A stretch of DNA of 32,000 nt from Nostoc sp. PCC 7120 = FACHB-418. GTDB lineage: Bacteria; Cyanobacteriota; Cyanobacteriia; Cyanobacteriales; Nostocaceae. The number at the start of each line of letters is the position of its first letter. Position 1 is the stretch's first letter. Positions 16,272-26,148 of the stretch are shown piece after piece. The translations under genes and the position numbers were made by a program. A model generated the notes under the pieces. It was not told the DNA's origin. It searched no databases and worked only from the letters and a program-made list of their open reading frames with translations. Location of the stretch: the NCBI RefSeq assembly GCF_000009705.1, contig NC_003272.1:4110001-4142000 (forward strand), in the 5' to 3' direction.

Positions 16272-17747
16272 TTAGATTTGTAATAAATTAGCGATCGCCT
16301 CCGGCATTGGCAACACAATTATTACCAATAAAGCCATTGCCAACAACCCTAAAATATCGCGCTTGGTATCCAATTCCGTCACATCATTTAAAGCTGGTTC
16401 ATCGACTAAGGGAATGAACAATAAGATAATTGCCCATACGAAAAATTCAGATTGAACTAAAGACAGCAACAACAGCAACAGGCGGGCAATTTGACCAATA
16501 AACATAGCAGTTCTTTGCCCAAACATCGCATGGATAATGTGACCACCATCTAATTGCCCCACGGGCATAAGATTTAATGCTGTGACAATTAATCCCAAAA
16601 AACCAGCAACTGCGACTGGATGTAAATCAATCGCTAATTTTGCTGTTAAGGCACTTCCTAAGGCTAATTTAGCCAGTAACGCCACAAGAATTGAATATTT
16701 AGGATTCAGTGCGTCAGGGTTTAACAAACTAGTGTTTTCAGTCAAGGGAACCAAATCTGAATGAGCCAAACCCCAAATAACTAGCGGTAATGTAGCGATA
16801 AAACCAGCTAAGGGTCCAGCAATACCAACATCAAATAAAGCCTTACGGTTGGGAATTGGACTCCGCATTTGAATAAATGCACCAAAAGTTCCCAAGAAAA
16901 AAGGTATAGGGATAAAGTAGGGCAGGGTCGAGCGAATTTTATAAAATCTAGCTGTCAGGTAATGACCCATCTCATGGATACCCAAGATAGTCATTAAAGC
17001 TAAAGCATAGGGTAATCCCTGAAAAAGTAATTTCGGGTCAGATTGTAGCCTTGTAGGGTCAATACCGGCGATTTTTGCACCTACTAAGGTGGTTGTTACT
17101 AAAGTAGCTACTAACAGTAATAAAGCCAATCCTGGGCGTGTTAGTTGTTCAGATTTTCTAGAATTGGCTTTAGCCGCTTGGCTGTTGGGAACCAAGACGA
17201 AGAATGGCTTACCATTAAAACCTTCTTGAAAGATGAGCAAGAAGCGATCGCCAAATTGAGCTTCGATGTTAGCTCTAATCTGCTGGTAAGCTTGAGTTGG
17301 TGTAGTTCGCAACTGCCCTCGGCAAATCACCGCTTGGGGTCTATACTCAATGTTTTGGACGTAGTAAATAGACCAGGGAAAACAGTTTCGCAGTTGGGTT
17401 TCTTCCGTTGGTTCAATGGGACGTACAGGCACTGGTTCTGCGGTAGGATGATTAGCCGATTGTGATTCTGTGGTTTGGGGTGCAGTTTGCGTATCCCTCG
17501 GCAATTGCCGTCCCCACTGAAACAAAAGCCAGTATAACAAAAGGCAGATAATTGACGGCCAAAATATCAGGGCTGGCGGCGGCGGTTGTTTCACCCCATA
17601 AACCAGTGTCCATCCAGTTAAAACCAACGCAGGTGTCATCAACACCAGCCATAACAGCCAGATGGGTGTCTTGGTGATGTTAGCAACACTGCGCTGCACC
17701 ATCAGATAAGTAGCTATTCCCAATAGGAGGAGAAACCAGAATGTCAT
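16272..17747 (-). CDS. Site-2 protease family (M50) membrane metalloprotease, EGY-like
   Basis: 491-aa polytopic protein with HEMGHY (HExxH) and NLMPVGQLDGGH (LDG motif). Confidence 0.85.
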   Translation of the reverse strand: MTFWFLLLLGIATYLMVQRSVANITKTPIWLLWLVLMTPALVLTGWTLVYGVKQPPPPALIFWPSIICLLLYWLLFQWGRQLPRDTQTAPQTTESQSANHPTAEPVPVRPIEPTEETQLRNCFPWSIYYVQNIEYRPQAVICRGQLRTTPTQAYQQIRANIEAQFGDRFLLIFQEGFNGKPFFVLVPNSQAAKANSRKSEQLTRPGLALLLLVATLVTTTLVGAKIAGIDPTRLQSDPKLLFQGLPYALALMTILGIHEMGHYLTARFYKIRSTLPYFIPIPFFLGTFGAFIQMRSPIPNRKALFDVGIAGPLAGFIATLPLVIWGLAHSDLVPLTENTSLLNPDALNPKYSILVALLAKLALGSALTAKLAIDLHPVAVAGFLGLIVTALNLMPVGQLDGGHIIHAMFGQRTAMFIGQIARLLLLLLSLVQSEFFVWAIILLFIPLVDEPALNDVTELDTKRDILGLLAMALLVIIVLPMPEAIANLLQI

Positions 17748-18038
17748 GTTTTCTACAGTAATTTTGAAAAATGTCGTGCAAGTAGTGTTAGCACCACAGC
17801 CACCGCTACAAAGCAGACCCGCGACCCCAGATTTTTAGATAAAGTTCAACAAGGTTGATTAACTCTTTGCGCCTCAGTTATTTGTTGTCAGTTGTTTATG
17901 GATCTGATTTCATACCTTGTCCCCTGATGGGGTAGTTTTCACATATCGAAAACCACTGACCAATAACCACTGCCAAAAACAAATTCAACTTTGTTCTGTA
18001 ACTATATTTTCACAACTCCTCAGGTTTGGTTTTTTCTT

Positions 18039-18725
18039 ATGTGTCCCTCACCTCAACAGCCTAGTCATATAACTAAGTCACCACGGGATGTCTTGGACAG
18101 TATTTTTGCTTTTCCACCAAATCGGGACACATTAGGGGGAACCTCTTATCTCATTGTAGGAAATGAAGGGAATATCCTCATAGATTGTCCCGCCTTAGAC
18201 CAAACAAATTTAAATTTTTTGCGATCGCATGGTGGCGTAAGATGGTTATTTCTCACCCATCGTGGCGCTATTGGGAGAACAGCAGAAATTCAACAAAATT
18301 ATGGCTGTGACATTCTCATTCAAGAACAAGAAGCCTATTTACTACCAGGCTTAACCGTCACTACATTCACTCAAGAATTCGCCGTCACCCCCACAGCCAA
18401 AGCTATCTGGACACCCGGACACTCTCCCGGCTCCTCTTGCTTATACTATAACCACCAGGGCGGGGTACTATTTTCCGGTCGCCATTTACTTCCTAACCAA
18501 AAAGGCGAACCTGTTCCTTTACGTACCGCTAAAACTTTTCACTGGCCCCGACAAATTAAGAGCTTACAAACAATCTTAGAAACCTTAACTCCAGAAACCC
18601 TGCAATACATCTGTCCCGGTGCTAACACTGGTTTCCTCAGAGGTAAACGCTCCATAGATACAGCATACCAGCGCCTAGCCTCCTTGGATTTAAAAGCTTT
18701 ACTACAAACACAACCGCTAATTTAG
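18039..18725 (+). CDS. MBL-fold metallo-hydrolase
   Basis: The motif set is LTHRG(A), then TPGHSPGS, then a later FSGRH. The start is uncertain: the ATG at 18039 (MCPSPQQ) is preferred over the TTG at 17991 used by the ORF track. Confidence 0.7.
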   Translation: MCPSPQQPSHITKSPRDVLDSIFAFPPNRDTLGGTSYLIVGNEGNILIDCPALDQTNLNFLRSHGGVRWLFLTHRGAIGRTAEIQQNYGCDILIQEQEAYLLPGLTVTTFTQEFAVTPTAKAIWTPGHSPGSSCLYYNHQGGVLFSGRHLLPNQKGEPVPLRTAKTFHWPRQIKSLQTILETLTPETLQYICPGANTGFLRGKRSIDTAYQRLASLDLKALLQTQPLI

Positions 18726-18764
18726 GAGAGTGGGGAGTTGAGAATTGATCACTCCCCCAGCCTC

Positions 18765-20018
18765 CTAGCCTTTATTCCCAATCCCTGCTACTACCGAATC
18801 TTTACTCAACAGATCCAAAGCCGCTTGATATTGCAAATCTGTTTCTGTGGCAATTTCATCGCGGGTGAGTATTTGCTGAGTAACAACTGTATTTGGTTTA
18901 ATGCCTAACTTGTTAATATCTCTGTGATTAGGAGTTTCATACTTGGCAATTGTCACCGCCAAGCCAGAACCATCGGACAACTCAAATAAAGACTGGATTA
19001 AACCCTTACCAAATGTAGTTTCACCTACCAACTGAGCGCGGCCGTTATCTTGGAGTGCGCCGGCGAGAATTTCGCTGGCACTGGCGGTTCCTTGGTTAAC
19101 TAGAATTATTAATGGATCGTCTGTCAAGGCTGGGCCAAAGGCTTCAAAGCTACCCTGAATACCTTGGCGATTGACAGTGTAGACAATTGTGCCGGAATCT
19201 AACCACTGACGGGCAATCTCAATGCCGGCTTGCAGTAAACCGCCTGGATTATTACGCAAATCTAAAATGTAGGCAGCAGCACCCTTTTTCTCTAGACTAG
19301 AAATAGCGTGTGCTAATTCCATTGAGGCATTGGCATTGAATTGAGTGAGGCGAAGATAGCCGAAAGACTTACCTTCGGGGGATGAGCGTAATTCTGCCAC
19401 AACAGGGTTAAGAGCGATGCGATCGCGCACTATTCTGATTTCTTTTTCCCCTTCTCCGTCACGTTCAATTACAAGCGTGACTAAACTACCTATGGGGCCG
19501 CGCATCCTCGTGGCTGCTTCATCGAGAGTCAAATCCGTTGTGGAAATTCCTTCAATTTTCACAATGCGATCGCGTGGTTTAATACCCGCTTGATCTGCCG
19601 GCGAACCCGCAATAGGAGAAACCACTTCCAATTTTCCACTCTGGGGATTTAAGGCGATTTGTAAACCCACTCCGGTCAGTTCTCCAGAAGTATTAACCTG
19701 TAAACTGCGGTATTGCTCAGGGTCTAAAAACCTCGTAAAAGGATCACCTAAAGTCTTGAGCATATTCTGAATCGCCCCATAAGCAGCTTTATGGTCTGTC
19801 AGGGGCTTTTCCAATGCCTTCTGTCTCACATTTGCCCAATTTTGATGGTTAAACGTCTCATCTAGATAAGAGCGATTGACAATTCGCCACACTTCTGAAA
19901 CTAGTTTCTGTTCCTCCGTCAATGCTGTGGCTGGTTGAACTACTATTCCTACAGCCAAACTCAAAGCCACCAATAGCGAAAATCCTAGCCGAAAAAACTG
20001 TTTTTGCATGAACCCCAT
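18765..20018 (-). CDS. S41 carboxyl-terminal processing protease (Ctp family)
   Basis: 417 aa with a signal/anchor sequence, a PDZ domain, the catalytic GTASASEI serine and the TFGKG lysine. Which Ctp paralogue this is cannot be decided. Confidence 0.9.
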   Translation of the reverse strand: MGFMQKQFFRLGFSLLVALSLAVGIVVQPATALTEEQKLVSEVWRIVNRSYLDETFNHQNWANVRQKALEKPLTDHKAAYGAIQNMLKTLGDPFTRFLDPEQYRSLQVNTSGELTGVGLQIALNPQSGKLEVVSPIAGSPADQAGIKPRDRIVKIEGISTTDLTLDEAATRMRGPIGSLVTLVIERDGEGEKEIRIVRDRIALNPVVAELRSSPEGKSFGYLRLTQFNANASMELAHAISSLEKKGAAAYILDLRNNPGGLLQAGIEIARQWLDSGTIVYTVNRQGIQGSFEAFGPALTDDPLIILVNQGTASASEILAGALQDNGRAQLVGETTFGKGLIQSLFELSDGSGLAVTIAKYETPNHRDINKLGIKPNTVVTQQILTRDEIATETDLQYQAALDLLSKDSVVAGIGNKG

Positions 20019-20386
20019 TTGCAGTTTTACCTCAACCGAAATTGCCTAGAATTGCCCAGTCGCATGATCATTAATGAAATCTATCTCTCGACTATGTTAC
20101 TTTTTTTATAGAAGTGGTGCATTATTCTCATCAAGTTGTTAAGGCATCTGATATTAGTGCATCCCCTTTACCAAAAGGATTATGATCTACTTTGTACCCA
20201 CCAATAGAGTTGGCTTGCAAAGAGAACGCAATATATTCCATATTTACAGAGTGTTAAGTTTGTGAAAACTCTTGACATTCTGCAAGAGTTAAAAACAGAC
20301 GAAAAACTCCTCTTAAAAGAAAATCCCAAAATTGCCAATTGGGAGATTGAATCAAACGCAACCGATTTTTAGGAACTTGAGATTGT

Positions 20387-21034
20387 ATGGCCAACGTTTA
20401 CGACTGGTTTGAGGAACGCTTGGAAATCCAAGCAATTGCTGAAGATGTCACAAGCAAATACGTCCCTCCCCACGTCAACATCTTCTACTGCTTGGGTGGT
20501 ATTACCCTAGTTTGCTTTCTAATCCAGTTTGCCACTGGATTCGCTATGACGTTCTATTACAAGCCAACAGTTGCTGAAGCTTACTCCTCCGTTCAATACA
20601 TTATGAACGAGGTAAACTTCGGTTGGCTAATTCGCTCCATCCATCGCTGGTCTGCCAGCATGATGGTGTTGATGATGATTCTCCACGTCTTCCGCGTCTA
20701 CCTAACTGGTGGTTTCAAAAAGCCCCGTGAATTAACCTGGGTAAGTGGTGTGATCCTCGCTGTAATTACCGTTTCTTTCGGTGTTACAGGGTATTCTCTA
20801 CCTTGGGATCAAGTAGGTTACTGGGCTGTGAAAATCGTTAGTGGTGTACCAGAAGCGATTCCTGTAGTCGGTGTACTCATCTCCGACCTACTGCGTGGTG
20901 GTTCCAGTGTTGGTCAAGCAACCCTGACCCGCTACTACAGCGCCCACACATTTGTACTACCTTGGTTGATTGCAGTATTTATGCTGTTCCACTTCTTGAT
21001 GATCCGCAAGCAAGGTATTTCCGGGCCTTTGTAA
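20387..21034 (+). CDS. petB: Cytochrome b6
   Basis: 215 aa. [38 protein letters not shown] is a near-invariant PetB sequence. Confidence 0.97.
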   Translation: MANVYDWFEERLEIQAIAEDVTSKYVPPHVNIFYCLGGITLVCFLIQFATGFAMTFYYKPTVAEAYSSVQYIMNEVNFGWLIRSIHRWSASMMVLMMILHVFRVYLTGGFKKPRELTWVSGVILAVITVSFGVTGYSLPWDQVGYWAVKIVSGVPEAIPVVGVLISDLLRGGSSVGQATLTRYYSAHTFVLPWLIAVFMLFHFLMIRKQGISGPL

Positions 21035-21204
21035 TCCAGCAACTAGTTTTCAGAGCCAGTAGTTTGTTTTAAACTGATGAAAAATCAGCAATTAAGACTC
21101 ATAACTCAAAAAACTAGTATCTGAAACTCAACGCTGTCAAAAAACCTCAATAAAGGTTTGATCAAGGCTTTAACTGAATTTTAAGCAGGAGAGCGCATTC
21201 AAAA

Positions 21205-21687
21205 ATGGCTACACACAAAAAACCCGATCTGAGCGATCCTACGTTAAGAGCTAAACTCGCCAAAGGCATGGGTCACAACTACTACGGCGAACCAGCTTGG
21301 CCCAACGACTTGCTGTATGTATTCCCAATTGTAATTATGGGTTCATTCGCTTGTATCGTGGCTCTAGCCGTACTAGACCCCGCCATGACAGGCGAACCAG
21401 CAAATCCTTTCGCTACACCACTGGAAATTTTACCAGAGTGGTATTTGTACCCAGTATTCCAAATTTTGCGATCGCTTCCTAACAAATTGTTGGGAGTATT
21501 AGCAATGGCTTCCGTACCCTTGGGACTAATCCTCGTTCCCTTCATTGAGAACGTCAACAAGTTCCAAAACCCCTTCCGTCGTCCAGTTGCAACCACAGTG
21601 TTCTTGTTTGGAACCTTGGTAACTCTGTGGTTGGGTATTGGTGCTGCGTTACCATTAGACAAATCTTTGACCTTAGGATTGTTCTAA
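21205..21687 (+). CDS. petD: Cytochrome b6-f complex subunit IV
   Basis: 160 aa with [34 protein letters not shown] and [13 protein letters not shown]. It is co-oriented 170 nt downstream of petB. Confidence 0.97.
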
Positions 21688-21707
21688 GCTAGTCACCTAG
21701 AAGCTTC

Positions 21708-21843
21708 TTGACACCTGTAGGTTTCAGGAGCGTATATCTGGAAGTTATGATGTCTAATGACAAGTCACCCTTAAGGTGTACGTAGTCGAAAATGCCATTC
21801 ATATCAAGGATATGCGCTCTTGAAAACACCACACAGGTGTCAA
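21708..21843 (+). other. Long imperfect inverted repeat (31-35-nt arms, ~70-nt spacer) after petD, either a 3'-end stem-loop or a MITE-like element
   Basis: The left arm is TTGACACCTGTAGGTTTCAGGAGCGTATATC (21708-21738). The reverse complement of the right arm (21809-21843) is TTGACACCTGTGTGGTGTTTTCAAGAGCGCATATC. The outer 11 bp are perfect, and TTTTAG follows. Confidence 0.35.
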
Positions 21844-22012
21844 TTTTAGTGATAGGGGGGTTGCTGAGATGTAGTTCCTAGTGTTGACCAATGACTAATG
21901 ACCAAATTAAATTTTTAGCTTTGGATACAAAAAATCATCCAAAAACTAAAATAGACTGAAGACGATAGATTACATAAAATTCTTACTCATAATTACATGA
22001 AAGCTACGGTCA

Positions 22013-22456
22013 ATGCTTGGCATAATGCAGCACGACCATCTAACAATTAAGAGCGAACTAAAGCTCCTTAACCAAGTACAACAATGGTTTGAGGACTTTT
22101 CCCTAAAATACCTGTCTCAACTCGGCTGGACAGAAGGTCAACTTTATCGCCTCAACTTAGCACTAGCAGAGGGCTTTACCAATGCAGTTCGTCATGCACA
22201 TCGTGCTTTACCGCCAGAAACGACCATAGAAATTGAGGTCAGCCTATGGATTAACAAAATAGAAATTAGAATTTGGGATCATGGCAATCCGTTTGATCCT
22301 GATGCGATCGCTGAACCAGTACCAGGTACTCTACAAGTGGGAGGCTATGGCTGGTTTCTCCTCCGGCGCTTGGCTGACCGTGTGGTCTACGAACGTAGCG
22401 AGGATGGTAGAAATTGTTTAGTCATAGTTAAGTATGCCAAGGAAGGACAATATTAG
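22013..22456 (+). CDS. Anti-sigma regulatory factor / RsbW-SpoIIAB-like serine kinase (HATPase_c_2)
   Basis: 147 aa with an N-box (LAEGFTNAVRHA), a G-box-like GGYGWFLLRRLAD, and a size typical of partner-switching kinases. Confidence 0.75.
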   Translation: MLGIMQHDHLTIKSELKLLNQVQQWFEDFSLKYLSQLGWTEGQLYRLNLALAEGFTNAVRHAHRALPPETTIEIEVSLWINKIEIRIWDHGNPFDPDAIAEPVPGTLQVGGYGWFLLRRLADRVVYERSEDGRNCLVIVKYAKEGQY

Positions 22457-22790
22457 GGGAGTGAGGGAAGATGAGTAGAAATTTTTGCTTAGAGACTTCC
22501 AGATAAAAAAATATGCAAGATGTAGGGTGCGTCAGTGTGACAGAACCACCCTAGCAAACTTCAATTAACCGAGTAGGGTGCTTTTAACTTAAAGCATTTT
22601 TGTATAAAAAATTATACTTGTAGCAGTAGAGTTAGCATACGAGTTGCTGTTAATACTTTGTTAAAATTAGGCAAAATTATTGTAGGTGGGAAGTCGAATT
22701 GAGATGTTTATAAGTAGAATAAACCCTCAGTAATTCTTCCCTAGCCTGCTGTAGCTCTTTATTGGTCAAAGAGGGGATGGGGAAGAGGAT

Positions 22791-23795
22791 ATGACTAAAA
22801 CAGCCTTAGTTACAGGTATTACTGGTCAAGATGGCTACTATCTCAGCCATTTGCTCCTCAATCAAGGTTATCGAGTAGTGGGATTAGTTTCACCACACCG
22901 CCAACCGAATTTGGCAAAGTTAGGGGATTTGGCAAACAAGGTAGAAATATATAATGTTGATTTGAGAGATCCTGTAGCATTGTTAAATGCAGTGGAACAA
23001 CTGCGTCCCCAAGAAATTTATAATTTAGCTGCACCTAGTTTTGTGCCTGATTCGTGGAAAGACCCACTAGGAACTTTGGATCTGATTACTGGGACTGCTA
23101 CCCGACTGTTAGATGCAGTCCGACAGGTTGGTTTATCTACAAGATTCTATCAAGCTAGTAGTTCCGAGATGTTTGGGGATGTTTTATCTTCTCCTCAAGA
23201 TGAAGAAACCAGCTTTCGTCCCAAAAATCCCTACGCAGCAGCAAAGTTACACGCCCATTGGACAATGGTGCATCACCGACAGCGCTATGGTCTATTTGCC
23301 TGTAGTGGCATTTTATATAACCATGAGTCACCTTTACGCCCGCCTCAATTTGTTACGCGTAAAGTTTCTTTGGCTGCTGCATCGATTAAGTTGGGTTTAG
23401 CTCAGACACTGGAAATGGGTAACTTAGATGCTAAACGTGATTGGGGATTTGCTGGCGATTACGTCAAAGCTATGTGGCTGATGTTGCAAGCAGAGGAACC
23501 AGAAGAGTACGTAATAGGTACAGGAAAACTGCACAGTGTTAAAGAATTAGTGTCTATCGCTTTTGAGTCGGTGGGCTTAAACTGGCAAAATCATGTAGTG
23601 ATTAATACAGATTTGCTCAGACAAGACGAACATTTTCAGCTCGTAGCTAACCCTATTAAAGCTAAAAAGAACCTTGGTTGGGAAACGGAAGTTAGCTTTG
23701 AGAGACTTTTAGAGAAAATGGTGCAAACAGATGTAGAAAGATTACAAAGCGGTGCGATCGCCCAAGCATCAGAAGGAAAATTACTGGTAGATTAG
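22791..23795 (+). CDS. gmd: GDP-mannose 4,6-dehydratase
   Basis: 334 aa with ALVTGITGQDGYYL (Rossmann), ASSSEMFG, the catalytic YAAAK, and NHESPLR, all Gmd hallmarks. Confidence 0.9.
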   Translation: MTKTALVTGITGQDGYYLSHLLLNQGYRVVGLVSPHRQPNLAKLGDLANKVEIYNVDLRDPVALLNAVEQLRPQEIYNLAAPSFVPDSWKDPLGTLDLITGTATRLLDAVRQVGLSTRFYQASSSEMFGDVLSSPQDEETSFRPKNPYAAAKLHAHWTMVHHRQRYGLFACSGILYNHESPLRPPQFVTRKVSLAAASIKLGLAQTLEMGNLDAKRDWGFAGDYVKAMWLMLQAEEPEEYVIGTGKLHSVKELVSIAFESVGLNWQNHVVINTDLLRQDEHFQLVANPIKAKKNLGWETEVSFERLLEKMVQTDVERLQSGAIAQASEGKLLVD

Positions 23796-23858
23796 GATAC
23801 CGTAGCGCACTTGCACCCATCACCGTACTATCTCTAAAAATCAATAGAAAGAATCTCA

Positions 23859-25025
23859 ATGCCAATTGATACAGTGAGAGAACAAATAAGTTTAGGCACA
23901 ACTTCTAGAGAACAAGTTAACCATATCTTCTTGTTTTTAGAGGTTTTTAAACAGGAAGGGGGAATTCAATCTTATGTCAAGGATATTTTTCGGGCATATT
24001 CAGGATTGAGTCAAGGTTATCAAGCAGAAGTATTACTATTACGGGATAGCCCTGAATGCTCAAACCCTTTTACATCTAATAATTTAAAATTTCATTACTT
24101 CCAAAATCCATCACCCCAAATAGGCAGAATCAAAATGGCCGGGGTGCTACTAAAATTTTTATTGCAGAGAAGACCACAGATGGTCTTTTGTGGACATATC
24201 AAGCTAGCAGTTTTAGTACAGACACTTTGCCAACCCTTGGGTATTCCCTACACTATCCTTACTTATGGCAAAGAATTTTGGGAACCGTTAAAAAATCAAG
24301 AACGCCGCGCTTTAGCATCAGCCAAGGAGATTTGGACAATTAGTCGCTATAGCCGCGATCGCGCCTGTGCTGTTAATGGTATAGATCCTCATAAGGTGAA
24401 AATGTTGCCTTGTGCCATAGATGGGAAGAAATTTACTCCCGGCCCAAAACAGCCAGAATTAATCGAGAAGTATGGCTTAAGCGATGCCAAGGTATTAATG
24501 ACTGTAGCGCGATTGTGGTCAGGAGATATATACAAAGGCGTGGATGTCACAATTAGGGCATTGCCGAAAATTATCCAGGCGTTCCCAGAAGTAAAATATT
24601 TAGTGATTGGTCGTGGTGATGACCAACCGCGATTGGCTCAGTTAGCCCAAGATTTAGGTGTAAGCGATCGCGTGATTTTTGCAGGTTTTGTCCCCACTGA
24701 ACAATTAATGGCACACTACCGCCTAGCTGATGCCTATATTATGCCCTCACAAGAAGGTTTTGGAATTGTTTATCTAGAAGCAATGGCTTGTGGTGTACCA
24801 GTGCTGTCTGGTGATGATGACGGTTCGGCTGACCCCTTGCAGGATGGTAAACTGGGTTGGCGAGTTCCCCATCGCAACCCGGAAGCCGTAGCCGCAGCTT
24901 GTTTAGAAATTCTTCAAGGAGACGATCAGCGTTGTGATGGAGAGTGGCTGCGCGAACAGGCGATCGCACTGTTCGGAATGGATGCTTTACAAAAGCAGCT
25001 TTTGTCTTTAGTCCAGAGTCAATAG
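23859..25025 (+). CDS. Glycosyltransferase family 4 (GT-B, GT1-type C-terminal domain)
   Basis: 388 aa with a C-terminal PSQEGFGIVYLEAMACGVPV (EX7E motif). It lies 63 nt downstream of gmd. The exact start is uncertain. Confidence 0.85.
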   Translation: MPIDTVREQISLGTTSREQVNHIFLFLEVFKQEGGIQSYVKDIFRAYSGLSQGYQAEVLLLRDSPECSNPFTSNNLKFHYFQNPSPQIGRIKMAGVLLKFLLQRRPQMVFCGHIKLAVLVQTLCQPLGIPYTILTYGKEFWEPLKNQERRALASAKEIWTISRYSRDRACAVNGIDPHKVKMLPCAIDGKKFTPGPKQPELIEKYGLSDAKVLMTVARLWSGDIYKGVDVTIRALPKIIQAFPEVKYLVIGRGDDQPRLAQLAQDLGVSDRVIFAGFVPTEQLMAHYRLADAYIMPSQEGFGIVYLEAMACGVPVLSGDDDGSADPLQDGKLGWRVPHRNPEAVAAACLEILQGDDQRCDGEWLREQAIALFGMDALQKQLLSLVQSQ

Positions 25026-25063
25026 TCCATAGTCCACACTCAGAACTAATGACTAATGACCAA
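25023..25063. repeat. Heptamer repeats (TAGTCCA x2, CTAATGA x2)
   Basis: The tract begins at the stop codon of the glycosyltransferase gene. Confidence 0.6.
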
Positions 25064-25101
25064 ACTCGCTATCCTAGAAGGAGAGCAAGATAGTATTTAA
25101 A

Positions 25102-25473
25102 ATGAGCCTTAACAATTCTCAATTAAATCTTTTAAACTTCCGCCCTTGGCTAACGCTGTTAGCAATTGCTTGGTTACTAGCTTCCTTGGGTTTAGGCTGG
25201 TTAGTAAATTCCTTGTTGATTATAGTGGGATTGTTGTTTCTAGCGCCTGTTGTGGCGTTTTTTGGGTTTCGCTGGTGGCTGGAACGCAATTTAGTCTCTG
25301 ATCAATGTCCCGTCTGTGGTTACGAATTTACGGGTTTAAATAATAGTCAGTTGCAATGTCCTAATTGCGGAGAAAACTTAACTGTACAAAAAGGTCATTT
25401 TCAACGCTTTGCCCCAGAAGGGACAATTGATGTCACAGCAATTGAAGTTCCATCCCAACGCTTGGAAGAATAA
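25102..25473 (+). CDS. Hypothetical membrane protein with a C-terminal zinc ribbon
   Basis: 123 aa with two TM helices followed by CPVCG...CPNCG. Coding is supported by its length and position. I do not recognise a family name. Confidence 0.55.
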   Translation: MSLNNSQLNLLNFRPWLTLLAIAWLLASLGLGWLVNSLLIIVGLLFLAPVVAFFGFRWWLERNLVSDQCPVCGYEFTGLNNSQLQCPNCGENLTVQKGHFQRFAPEGTIDVTAIEVPSQRLEE

Positions 25474-25555
25474 ACAGTTGATATATTTCTTGGTTCTCTA
25501 GCCAGAGGAACTTAATAGTATATAATGAGGGATTGTGTCGAATTAGAGCCAATCC

Positions 25556-25753
25556 ATGCCTAAACTAAAAACACGCAAAGCCGCAGCCAAAAGATTCCGT
25601 GCCACTGGTACTGGTAAAATCGTGCGCCGCAAAGCTTTCAAAAACCACCTTTTAGAACACAAAACCACCAATAAAAAGCGTCAATTCTCTAAGATGGCGA
25701 TTGTCAACGAGCGCGACGAAGAAAACGTGCGTTTAATGCTGCCTTATTTGTAA
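25556..25753 (+). CDS. rpmI: 50S ribosomal protein L35
   Basis: 65 aa: [33 protein letters not shown]. Confidence 0.95.
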   Translation: MPKLKTRKAAAKRFRATGTGKIVRRKAFKNHLLEHKTTNKKRQFSKMAIVNERDEENVRLMLPYL

Positions 25754-25779
25754 ATTTGTAAGTTTTTCAGGAATAAAAT

Positions 25780-26136
25780 ATGACTCGCGTAAAACGCGGT
25801 AACGTTGCTCGTAAACGCCGCAATAAAATTCTCAAACTAGCTAAAGGTTTCCGTGGTTCTCACTCAACCCTGTTTAGAACCGCCAACCAACAGGTAATGA
25901 AGGCACTCCGCAGTGCTTACCGCGATCGCAAAAAGAAAAAGCGCGATTTCCGCCGCCTGTGGATTACCCGCATTAACGCTGCCTCCAGACAACATGGATT
26001 AAGCTACAGTCAGCTAATCGGTAACTTGAAAAAAGCTGACATCCAACTCAACCGGAAAATGTTGGCACAATTGGCAGTCCTCGATCCTGCTAGCTTCGGC
26101 AAAGTGGCTGAATTAGCAAGTCAAGCTAAAGGTTAA
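25780..26136 (+). CDS. rplT: 50S ribosomal protein L20
   Basis: 118 aa: [26 protein letters not shown]. Confidence 0.95.
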   Translation: MTRVKRGNVARKRRNKILKLAKGFRGSHSTLFRTANQQVMKALRSAYRDRKKKKRDFRRLWITRINAASRQHGLSYSQLIGNLKKADIQLNRKMLAQLAVLDPASFGKVAELASQAKG

Positions 26137-26148
26137 GGATGGTAACGG

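Noticed and set aside
21282-21662. 126-aa antisense ORF and 61-aa alternative-frame ORF within petD, and a 95-aa alternative-frame ORF within gmd (23113-23400)
   Set aside because: They overlap near-invariant or motif-complete genes and have no independent support.
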